This document shows, piece after piece, positions 1 through 9,008 of a stretch of 32,469 nt of DNA. The stretch's first letter is position 1. Every line of letters begins with the position of its first letter. Source of the DNA: Octopus bimaculoides (Eukaryota); contig NC_068982.1 in assembly GCF_001194135.2 (NCBI RefSeq), positions 175,244,357 to 175,276,825 on the forward strand. Reading direction: 5' to 3'. A model generated the notes under the pieces. That model did no database searches. It saw only the letters and a program-made list of their open reading frames with translations, and was not told the origin of the DNA. The position numbers were made by a program, and so were the translations under genes.

Positions 1-21
1 TATATATATATATATATATAT

Positions 22-201
22 GAGTGAGTGGATAAACGAAAGAAAGGGCACTCAGCACATTTATTTGGAGTGACATGTATAACTCAAAAGAGTATGATTC
101 GGATTCCGGGCTACTTCAAGTTTCGAAGCTCCTAAAATGGCCTCTCCTCAGGCCAATGGAAGTTCGATTAGAATGAACGGAGAGGTGCACAAAGTCCAAG
201 A
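22..201 (-). mobile_element. Probable Penelope-like element terminal-repeat fragment carrying the hammerhead
   Basis: Pyrimidine-rich stretch, then the hammerhead, then AATAAA (minus 65-60), then (TA)n at 1-21. The 5' side is lost in gap 202-211. The PLE link is inferred from the known association of minimal hammerheads with PLE termini. Confidence 0.45.
104..161 (-). ncRNA. Type I hammerhead ribozyme, catalytic core intact (predicted GUA cleavage between 112 and 111)
   Basis: Minus strand reads UUCC-AUU-GGC CUGAGGA GAGGC-CAUUUUAGGA-GCUUC GAAA C-UUGAA-GUA/GCC-C-GGAA. Core CUGANGA is at 151-145 and GAAA at 124-121. Stem II GAGGC/GCUUC has a G10.1-C11.1 pair. Stem III ACUUGAAGU is near-palindromic. 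Stem I is GGC/GCC plus UUCC/GGAA across an internal loop. Folded by eye; activity untested. Confidence 0.8.
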
Positions 202-211
202 NNNNNNNNNN

Positions 212-247
<36 letters not shown>

Positions 248-741
248 CTATGTGTGTGTGTATGGTAGGTGGTCCATCATTATGTTACTCGTGCTAAATT
301 TGATGGCTTACATGGCGGCTTACTTTAGTGCAGTAATTATAGCATTTGAGTGGTTAGATTCCCGTAGGCTATTTAGTGCAATATTTCTAAATCTAGTTAA
401 ATCTAGACCATTTACATCATATTCCATTCACACTCTGGGATCCTTTCAGTCAGCAGAGAAAAGCATAAAAAATCTTTTCGCAGGGGTTTAAGACTTGTAG
501 TGATTGTGAATGTACTTCAAACTTAACCGTTTTTATTATACACACACACACACACAAAAACACACATATTTGAATATTACATACAAAGTCTGGTAGTCTG
601 CTTAGTCTATGTGACATTATTTTGCAATTGCATATTTTAATTTGAATTGTTTCAAATTCAAAATTCTCATTACTTATCTTTTCGGCCTATGAAGCCCTGC
701 TGCAGTACATTCGCAGTGGCAACACAACGAGTCCCTGTATG

Positions 742-773
<32 letters not shown>

Positions 774-1897
774 NNNNNNNNNNNNNNNNNNNNNNNNNNN
801 NNNNNNNNNNNNNNNNNNNNNNNNNNNNNNNNNNNNNNNNNNNNNNNNNNNNNNNNNNNNNNNNNNNNNNNNNNNNNNNNNNNNNNNNNNNNNNNNNNNN
901 NNNNNNNNNNNNNNNNNNNNNNNNNNNNNNNNNNNNNNNNNNNNNNNNNNNNNNNNNNNNNNNNNNNNNNNNNNNNNNNNNNNNNNNNNNNNNNNNNNNN
1001 NNNNNNNNNNNNNNNNNNNNNNNNNNNNNNNNNNNNNNNNNNNNNNNNNNNNNNNNNNNNNNNNNNNNNNNNNNNNNNNNNNNNNNNNNNNNNNNNNNNN
1101 NNNNNNNNNNNNNNNNNNNNNNNNNNNNNNNNNNNNNNNNNNNNNNNNNNNNNNNNNNNNNNNNNNNNNNNNNNNNNNNNNNNNNNNNNNNNNNNNNNNN
1201 NNNNNNNNNNNNNNNNNNNNNNNNNNNNNTATATTTACATATATATGTATTTATTTAATTTAATATATATATATATATATATTCAGTTAATCTACATACT
1301 ATATTAAATTACATAGCATTGAACCCACTACATTGTCCTCTCTAGTAAATTTTTTCTGCTTGAAAATGCATATTGATGATTTTTGTGCAATAATTATACA
1401 TAATTATACATAAATAGAGGTACATAAATAGTTCAACACGTGTTTAGATAGATTAAGTATCTAGATAAATAGTTTCATGGATAAACAATCATAAAAACAG
1501 CTAGACAAATAAAAGACATTGAAAGGCAAACATTTACACGCAGGCATGAAAGATATCCAAACACATAAATTCCGTGAATGACAGGATAATCATTTTTTTT
1601 TTTTTTTTTTTTTACCCCGAGAGATAATTTAAAATTAGAATAGCAAAACTGAATCGCATGAGCGGCGTACTGTGTGTACAACATTGGAATATCACAACAA
1701 CTTGAAATCTCACAACTTGGAATATCACAACAATTATTGCAAAAAAAGAGACTTCAGGATTATTGAAAGAGGAAGCGTCAATAGTTCAAAGGTGTATTTC
1801 GCATTCATTTTTTTTGTACTGAAGTATAAAACTCAATGTATATACATCGACCTTTATAAATGTGTAAGTTGTTATATATCTGTATGAGTGCATTCTG

Positions 1898-2293
1898 TTA
1901 TTCCCTCCGCCTTAGCGAAGGCGGACATATTGCTTTTAGTCGCGTTTGTTTGTTTATTTGTCCGTGGACAAGATATCTCAAGAACTGCTGGATGGATTCG
2001 GATGAAACTTTCATGGATGTTTGACCTTGTGACTTCATAACTGTTAGGCTTCATAACTGGCATGAACTGATTGGATTTAGGGATCGATCCGGTACCAGAC
2101 AATGATTCTGGGTTATTATCCTGTTTTTTTTTTTTTATTACTTAGTTTTTGAGAGCGGTCGGGTTCATTTTTAGTATTCTCGTTTGTGAGTGCAGTCGAG
2201 TCAGATATTCTCATTTTGAAAGTCATCTCTGGCTAATCGTTGAAAGGACGTTGGTGTTGCATTGGCGGAGGTTTGCGTTTTCTGAGTGCTCTT
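1898..2293 (+). mobile_element. Non-autonomous Helentron-type element (HINE/DINE-1-like architecture)
   Basis: Subterminal inverted repeats CCTCCGCC (1904-1911) and GGCGGAGG (2264-2271). 5' hairpin TCCGCCTT-AGCG-AAGGCGGA (1906-1925), GTTT-type microsatellite near 1945, degenerate 3' stem-loop GCGTTT-TCT-GAGTGC (2275-2289) and T-rich ends. Confidence 0.65.
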
Positions 2294-2307
2294 ATATCAT
2301 TATTATT

Positions 2308-2463
2308 AAGGTGGAAAACTGGCAGAATCGTAAGCAGCATATCGTCTGTCTTTACGTTCTGAGTTCAAATACCACGGTAGTTGACTTTGCAGTTCCTCCT
2401 TTCGGGTCGCTAAAATAAGTAGCACTTAAGCATTTGGGCCGATTTAATCGACTTAAACCCTTC
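2308..2463 (+). mobile_element. tRNA-derived SINE, family A (internally deleted)
   Basis: Aligns to the 8796-9008 copy: CTGGCAGAATCG A-box region, GAGTTCAAATAC B-box and the GTTGACTTTGC...CCTTTCGGGTCG core. Confidence 0.75.
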
Positions 2464-2509
2464 ATACATATCTTATATATATTGGTGTGTGTGTGTGTGT
2501 GTGTGTTGG

Positions 2510-2810
2510 ATTTCCGCCTGTCGATGTTTGGATTTCAGTTATTTGATCTGCTCCTTAATTAACATCTAGGTGGCTGAGTATTCCATAGACACATTCACCT
2601 TTCTCAAGCAACTCCATCGTAACTCAGTGTGTTTCAGGCACAATCCATCTGAAGGACATCTATACAGTTTCTGTCTATCCATTTCCAGTCACGAGATGTG
2701 ATCGACCTGCGCCATAGAAAATGAAATTTGCCGAAGATGACATGCAGTGGGATCGCTGTTTGTACCTTATGATTGCAAGGTGAACCTCTTAAACAATCTG
2801 ATCATACCAC
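2510..2810 (-). mobile_element. Decayed SINE with a family-C head and a family-B type tail
   Basis: 2665-2810 aligns to the reverse complement of 25122-25260. 2569-2600 (gtggctgagtattccatagacac) aligns to the tail at 19445-19470. Confidence 0.55.
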
Positions 2811-2812
2811 GT

Positions 2813-2854
<42 letters not shown>

Positions 2855-2964
2855 TCATAAACACACGCATTTATATGTATATATACATATAAATATATGT
2901 ATATATATATCATTTTACAACTCTCACTCAATGTTAAAACAAGGAGACAGAAACATACACGCAA

Positions 2965-3016
<52 letters not shown>

Positions 3017-3109
3017 ACAAACGTGTGTGTGTATGTGTGTTTGTGTATATAAAAGTTAATGCACAGAGTATTTCTACTAGTAGTAGAAGATTAAATTTTG
3101 TGAGAACAG

Positions 3110-3931
3110 AGTGTTCCACAAACAAATAGATATTGCCGATATGTCTACATTGCATACAAATCTCAGATCTAGGATTTAGTTGGTTAGTAGAGTTCTTAGG
3201 TCTAAAAATAATACGACATGTTTCGGCTAAACAAAGCGTGCATCTCTTTTATCCATTAACCTATGGCATGGATCGTCCCACAATACTCCGCTTGATGGTG
3301 TATGATATGTAGTTGACCGTTAGATCCCAGATATGATCAGCTAACTTCGTGGCTTTCTTCTTATCCACAGCATACCTTTTGCTTTTTAAATTACTTTTGA
3401 AAATATCAGTATACTTTTTCTTTTGAGTATCTTTATTATGGAGCACTGCGGTGATTTCAGCTTCATTAGCCACTGAACTGATCTTGCATGCCTGGTCGAG
3501 TGGGTGGAGTGGAGCATTCCGTCGGTTACGAGGACGAGGGTCCCAGCTGATACGATCAACGGAACAGCCTGCTCATGAAATTAACGTGCAAGTGACTGAG
3601 CAATCCACAGACACGTGTACCCTTAACGTAGTTGTCAGGGAGACTCAACGTGACACATAGCGTGACAAGGCCGGCCCTTTGAAATACAGGTACTACTCAC
3701 TTTTTCCAGCTGAGTGAACTGGAGCAACGTGAAATAAAGTGTTTTGCTCAAGGACACAACGCGTCGCCGGGAATCGAACTCACGACCTTACGATCATGAG
3801 CCGAATGCCCTAACCACTAAACCACGCGCCCTCGAGTGGGTAAGTTTCTGGGTCGCGATAGTTTCAACTTAGAGTGGGCGCTTGATGTGACCTGCGAGTA
3901 ATAATATTTTTCATGTTGGAGCAGTAGCTAT
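3110..3931 (-). pseudogene. Penelope-like element C-terminal GIY-YIG endonuclease relic, split by a SINE
   Basis: Removing SINE 3506-3831 and one TSD copy gives a single frame: SYCSNMKNIITRRSHQAPTLS*NYRDPETYPLDQACKISSVANEAEITAVLHNKDTQKKKYTDIFKSNLKSKRYAVDKKKATKLADHIWDLTVNYISYTIKRSIVGRSMP*VNG*KRCTLCLAETCRIIFRPKNSTNQLNPRSEICMQCRHIGN. This follows the PLE motif order YSC.NM..II / CNCR..CPL..C / Y.G / T.L..HIW.L..I.W.I / RC.LCL.E / LN.RSE..CRH. Confidence 0.85.
3506..3831 (-). mobile_element. tRNA-derived SINE, family B1, with perfect 10-bp TSD
   Basis: Head GGCGCGTGGTTTAGTGGTTAGGGC...GAGTTCGATTCCC carries A and B boxes, followed by TTGTGTCCTTGAGCAAAACAC. TSD TCGAGTGGGT lies at 3496-3505 and 3832-3841. 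The tail is shared with 19398-19743. Confidence 0.9.
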
Positions 3932-4049
3932 ATGAAACTTTGTTGATTCGAGGCTATACTAGGAAACACTTGACCAAGGCGTCACACAGTAGGACTGAAC
4001 CCGGAAACATGTGGTTGAGAAGTAAACCTCTTACCTCGCAGCCACGCCT
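3932..4049 (-). mobile_element. SINE family C, 5' portion
   Basis: Reverse complement AGGCGTGGCTGCGAGGTAAG...GGGTTCAGTCC...CCTTGGTCAAGTG aligns to 25122-25200. Confidence 0.7.
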
Positions 4050-4057
4050 ATTTATGT

Positions 4058-4220
4058 TGTTGTGTCGACGCCCCCAGGCGAAGAAGTAGGATCTCCCAAG
4101 ATATATAAGAGGTAGTCTGGCCGTAGTAGGTGTGTTGAGTAGCAGTCGAGTAGCAGTTGTGTAGCGGTTGAGTAGAGATCATCCGAAGGTGCTAGACAGC
4201 AGTAGCGTTGAGACATAACA
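4058..4220. mobile_element. Solo LTR (163 bp) with 5-bp TSD
   Basis: TG...CA termini with an 8/9 inverted repeat (TGTTGTGTC 4058-4066 / GACATAACA 4212-4220). Perfect TSD TATGT at 4053-4057 and 4221-4225. TATATAAG at about 4102. No internal PBS, PPT or ORF. Confidence 0.8.
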
Positions 4221-4995
4221 TATGTTCTTAAATCAATCCAGATGCATAGGGCTTTTTTGTTGTATGAGTTCAGCTGGTCTCAATGAGTGGTGTGTGTGTG
4301 TGTGTGTGTGTCTGTGTGTGCGTGTATATATATATATANNNNNNNNNNGTGTGTGTGTGTGTCTGTGTGTGCGTGTATATATATATATATATATATATAT
4401 GCATGTATGTACGTATGTATGTGTGTGTGAATGTATTTATATAGGTATGTATGCTTGTACGTACGTATGTATGTATGTATGTATGTATGTATGTATGTAT
4501 GTATGCATGCAAAATATATAGTTTAATTAGAGCTTGTTATTAACAATAACTCACATTAATACAGAAGAAAAATGTAATGCTCGTTGTCAGCTATATTCGA
4601 AATAATATTATTATGGAGGCAACACAGGCGAAGTCTAAAAGAACATAATTGAAATACGCATCCAAAACTTATATAAATACGTATATTCTCTATAAAATGG
4701 AAATAAAATTTCAAAATACACAAATATATATAAATAGACAATATCGATGCAATGCATAAAACACGATTGAGTTTTAATAAAAACGATTGAATTTAAGAAA
4801 ATATCATTTGTATGTAAGTGTGTATGTATGTATGTATGTATGTATGTATGTATGTATGTATGTATGTATGTATACAAACGCTTGAATCAAAGATCAGAGA
4901 GGTTAGAAATCTAAAGAAAACTCTTCGTGTCAAAGATAACTGTAGTGTGAATTGCTATACGTCACTGATTGACTGTTCATGCACGCGCGCGGTAA

Positions 4996-5033
<38 letters not shown>

Positions 5034-5639
5034 TACATAGAAATATGTATAGATTTTAGCTAAATGAAACCGAACTGTATAAATTATTAAAATACACGAG
5101 ACCGTCTCGTGCAACCGCATTTTTTTTTTTTTAAATACGATCTTTTTACGGATATAAAAGAAAGCTTAGCTCAAACGGTTTCAATCATTATTGAAATTTA
5201 ATCGCCGACTAACTATGCATCCCTAACTAATCACACTTTTTAAATCGGATAACACGATTTTCATAAATAATGTACCCTTGCCAGATATTTAGATAAATAA
5301 TTTACTAATGTAATGTAGTCCACGGCTCGATTATCTAAAAAGACAGCTTTTTACGAATGTCCGGTATATTTAATGAAACTAACACACGCAGTTTTGGTCT
5401 AACTCTCTGGATATTCTGTAGCACATGATGACATCGATAACGAATACTGCTAAAGCGTCAGTAGTTTATTAATCAAACTAGCTTCTAGAATGTGCTATCT
5501 ATGCAAATCGGTTTATCCAATTTAATGAAGTCATGGATAAGAGTGGACAGTTAGAGACCGTTAGTTAGTTTACAATGTAATCTCATTAAAAATTGAAATC
5601 AGCAGAACTGACCTATTTCTCTTCCTTCAATGGAGAGAT

Positions 5640-5785
5640 TTTTTTAATGTAACTCAATCATGAAATCTCGGTTTCGATTTCGCTTCGTGACATTTTTGGC
5701 AAGTGTAATCTTCTATAGGCTCGGGTCAACTCGTGTCAACTCGGGTGACTGAAATTGGGTAGAAGGAAACTGAGTGGAAATTCTC
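5640..5785 (+). mobile_element. Decayed SINE family C
   Basis: GGTTTCGATTT B-box remnant followed by GGCAAGTGTAATCTTCTATAGGCTCGGG...GGTAGAAGGAAACTGA, aligning to 25165-25245. Confidence 0.5.
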
Positions 5786-5865
5786 TCAGATGGATTGAGA
5801 AGAAAATAATAGAAATTTTGTTGGATGGGTTGCCACTCGAGAGCGGGAGCGAAAGTACGAGCTAG

Positions 5866-5993
5866 CTAGATAGAAAGATAGATAGATAAATAGATAAAAA
5901 AAGAGAGAGAAAGAGAGAGAAAAATGGGAGAGAGAGAGAGAGAGAAAAATGGGAGAGAGGGAGAGAGAGAGAGAGAGAGAGAAAAATGGGAGA

Positions 5994-6066
<73 letters not shown>
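5866..6066. repeat. Compound (GATA)n/(GA)n tract with recurring AAAAATGGG interruptions
   Basis: Directly visible; AAAAATGGGAGAGAG occurs three times (about 5921, 5946, 5982). Confidence 0.95.
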
Positions 6067-6069
<3 letters not shown>

Positions 6070-6084
6070 ATCGATTACAATACT

Positions 6085-6180
6085 GTGAGTTATTTGTTCC
6101 GGCTCTCTGCATCGTGAGTTCAAATACCTTTGAGGCTAAATCTACATTTCAGTCTTTTGGGATTGATAAATAAAGTACTA
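6085..6180 (+). mobile_element. Decayed SINE family A
   Basis: GAGTTCAAATACC B-box and TTTTGGGATTGATAAATAAAGTAC align to 8870-8935. Confidence 0.55.
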
Positions 6181-6400
6181 ATATGGCCTGATGGATTGGT
6201 GGAATTGTCAAATAGTCCTATGCGACGATTTGTGGTATCTTTGCTGGTTCTTGTGCTTTCGAAATTCCACGGGTTCCTTTAATTGTAACTTTTATACATT
6301 GGTCTCCATGACAACTTCGGATTCAATACTGCAAAGCGTTGACACTGTAAACAGCGTAAAAGGATAACATAAAACTGTAAAGAATTCACTAAACTAAAGC

Positions 6401-6435
<35 letters not shown>

Positions 6436-6879
6436 CATCTATCTATCTATCTATCTATATTAATTGAAACTATTCATGCCGTACTGTCAGCACTCAACTA
6501 TTGAAAGAAATTATTCATCCACTAACACTCATTTTCTTGTTCGTTATTGGAACCGCATGAGCCGTTAAACATGGTGCATATAGTTATCCTTATTAATAAT
6601 ATATCAAAGTCTTTACATTAAAGGTTGTGTATCACCCCTACTGTGCCAATTACACATAGGATGATAGATTTTGTAACTGCTACGTTTTTTTTTTATTCAA
6701 CTGTTATATCGGTGTAATTTCTATGCTTTTCGGCAAGCTCCTGCACAACACTAATCTATTAGTACATAGTGTGCTCAAAGCAATACACTCAAAATATCAT
6801 ACAACTATATAAGATGTATAAATCAAATTTTATGCAAAAATGGATTATAGTCGCTTAATATTGATATTGATATAGCGAT

Positions 6880-7291
6880 TTCAAATGTTAGTACAAGGCT
6901 AGCAATTTGGGGGGTTAAGTCGATTACATCGACTCCAGTGTCCATCCGAAAGGATGGAAGTCAAAGTCGACCTCGGTGGAATTTGAACACAGAACGTGAA
7001 GACGGACGAAATATCACTAAGCCTTTTTGCCCGGCTTGCTAACGATTCTGTCAGCTCACCGAGTTCTCATACATTGAATTCAAATTTTGGCACAAGGCCA
7101 ATAATTTTGGGGGCAGGTGCTAATCGATTGCATCATCCCCAGTGCCCAATCGGTACTCATTTTAACGACCTCAAAAGAATGAGAAACAAAGTCGACCTTG
7201 GCGGAATTTACACTCAGAACGTAAAAACGGACGAAATACCGCTAAGCATTTTGCTCGGTTTGCTGACGATTCTGTCATCTCGCCGCCTTAC
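6880..7291 (-). mobile_element. Head-to-tail dimer of SINE family A flanked by one 19-bp TSD
   Basis: Monomers at 6880-7061 and 7079-7291 are joined by the linker AGTTCTCATACATTGAA. Flanks TTGATATTGATATAGCGAT (6861-6879) and TTGATATTAATATATCGAT (7292-7310) are 17/19 identical. Confidence 0.8.
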
Positions 7292-7561
7292 TTGATATTA
7301 ATATATCGATAATTAGATTTCTATTCTCACTAGGCTTATGTCTGTTTGCATGCCAATGTTCCATAGTATTTTCATACTGCCACTTTATAAAGACAAGCGA
7401 AAGTCCATAGAGTACCACAAAGCCTATTCATGAAGCATTTGAAATTGGGTAGCTAGAAGTATGTAGAGCAACTTTACAACATTTTTATTTTTGTATATCT
7501 TTTGTGGCAACTGGCGCAGGAGTTCTCAATTCAATGTGCTGTATTATTTCAGAAATATATT

Positions 7562-7773
7562 ATACTCGTCGACCGGATCACAGAGAGTCTGTAAGTTCGA
7601 ATTTTCCCTTCCTTGAAACTGAAAACCATATCTATGCAGTTCTTTCAGCAACAAAGCCTTCTACGTGAACAGCATAAATTTCTTGAGTAGTACTGGCAGA
7701 TTTGGGACCTTCACTGAAAAGTGAAGAGAAGCAGGCGTCGAAATTGCACACTTCTTTCTTCTTGGCTTTCCAT
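7562..7773 (-). pseudogene. Mariner transposase N-terminal (HTH) relic
   Basis: MESQEERSVQFRRLLLFTF, a frameshift, then SEGPKSASTTQEIYAVHVEGFVAERTA*IWFSVSRKGKFELTDSL*SGRRV. This follows the mariner pattern FR.LLLF.F..G.K...I.AVYGEG...ERTA..WF..F..G.FDL.D..RSGRP. More decayed sequence may extend to about 7330. Confidence 0.75.
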
Positions 7774-8243
7774 TGTCGTATGAGAGAAAAGAGGCAACAT
7801 TTATTCAAATTTCAATATCGATAAACAAAAGTTGCAGAGGAAGAATAGGCATAACGTTAGAAAGAAGAGAAAAGAAACTAATGAATTTGTCTGTCAGCTC
7901 AGAACACATACACACACACACATATATAGGGATATGTGTGCAAATATATAAATATGTGTGTAATATATGTATATATATGATACTAATTAAAATTTCGAGT
8001 TAATCTCTTGAGCATAATTAATAAATTTAAATGAAGATTGTTCACATCACCAAGGGTGCAATTTTATGATTTCTTGACTGACTATGCCAACCTCCTCTCT
8101 ATTATTAAGTTTTCTTACACCAGCTCTCTCTGTGTATTTTCCCCTGTCATTTTGGAGTTTACTGATGTTTGTACTGAGTCTATGTATGCTAGATTTATAT
8201 AAGGATTATGTAGTTTTGAAATTTTTTGCACGTTCATTTAGAC

Positions 8244-8754
8244 CAGTGATGAGGAAACCTTTGCCTGCGAGCCCGTTTTATCTTGCCCGCAGGCTAATAT
8301 ACTCATATGCACAAAAGATAGTAAATTTTTTAGTTGTAAAATTTATACAATATTCGTATGCTTATTTGCGACATAGGTCGCGTTTCCACTACGACTTAAA
8401 ATGGTCAGACTCGAACAGAGATCGTCAGATAATTGCCATTTGAATGAAAATTTTGTTTTCACTATGAAACACATATTGCTAGATTTGTACCACCCCCTTG
8501 AGACCCAACTACACTCTAGCTGAAAAATATAGAACACCTCATAAGTAATATAAACGTCCTAAATTCAGTAGCGGCGTTAATGAAAATGTTACGCGTTAAT
8601 TTAATGTTGAACTTATCTTTATTAATGTATATCGAATTATACATAAATATATACAAGATCCTTATGGATCTTAGAGTTAGAATTTGTGATCTGCCCGCGG
8701 ACCTTTTTCTTTGGAAAGTTTTGCCCGCCGCACTAAAAAGTTCCACCACCAGTG
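8244..8754. mobile_element. hAT-superfamily MITE with 8-bp TSD
   Basis: Starts CAGTGATGAGGAAACCT; ends AAGTTCCACCACCAGTG (11/17 to the reverse complement). Subterminal GCCCGC repeats at both ends. TSD ATTTAGAC (8236-8243) / ATTTTGAC (8755-8762), 7/8 identical. Confidence 0.65.
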
Positions 8755-8795
8755 ATTTTGACAGTATATCATTGATTTCATTCTTATCAGTCGTT

Positions 8796-9008
8796 AAGGC
8801 AGCGAGCTGGCAGAATCGTGAGCACGCTGGACGAAATTCTTAGCAACATTTCGCCTTTCGCTCCGTTCTGAGTTCAAATTCCGTCGATGTCGACTTCGTC
8901 TTTCATCCTTTCGGGGTCGATAAATTAAATACCAGTCAAACACCGGGGCCAATGTAATAGACTCATCTCCTGACCAAAATCTAAGCCCTTGTACCTTTAT
9001 TAGAAAAG
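8796..9008 (+). mobile_element. Full-length SINE family A with 15-bp TSD
   Basis: AAGGCAGCGAGCTGGCAGAATCG head, GAGTTCAAATTCC B-box and GTCGACTTCGTCTTTCATCCTTTCGGGGTCGATAAATT core. TSD ATTCTTATCAGTCGT (8780-8794) / ATTCTTATTACTCGT (9009-9023), 13/15. Confidence 0.9.

Noticed and set aside
676-708. CTGCAGCAGGGC...GGCCGAAAAG on the minus strand, vaguely like a PLE terminus
   Set aside because: Three core mismatches and no stem III.
1681-1734. Three imperfect 15-19 bp tandem units (AACTTGGAATATCAC)
   Set aside because: Ordinary local slippage duplication (likewise 9329-9385); no further structure.
3205-3250. GCCGAAACATGTC on the minus strand looked like a hammerhead GAAAC plus palindromic stem III
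   Set aside because: There is no CUGANGA upstream, and the bases encode L-A-E-T-C within the PLE RC.LCL.E motif.
3760-3831. tRNA-like sequence (also 19670-19743)
   Set aside because: These are SINE heads: they lack a 3' acceptor strand, continue into SINE bodies and are bounded by TSDs.
4289-4400. Direct repeat of about 50 bp around a 10-N gap
   Set aside because: Typical unmerged contig overlap, so probably an assembly artefact.
8365-8435. CTGACGA...GAAAC-GCGAC/GTCGC on the minus strand
   Set aside because: Stem II does not close, there is no NUH in register with stem I, and it lies inside the hAT MITE.
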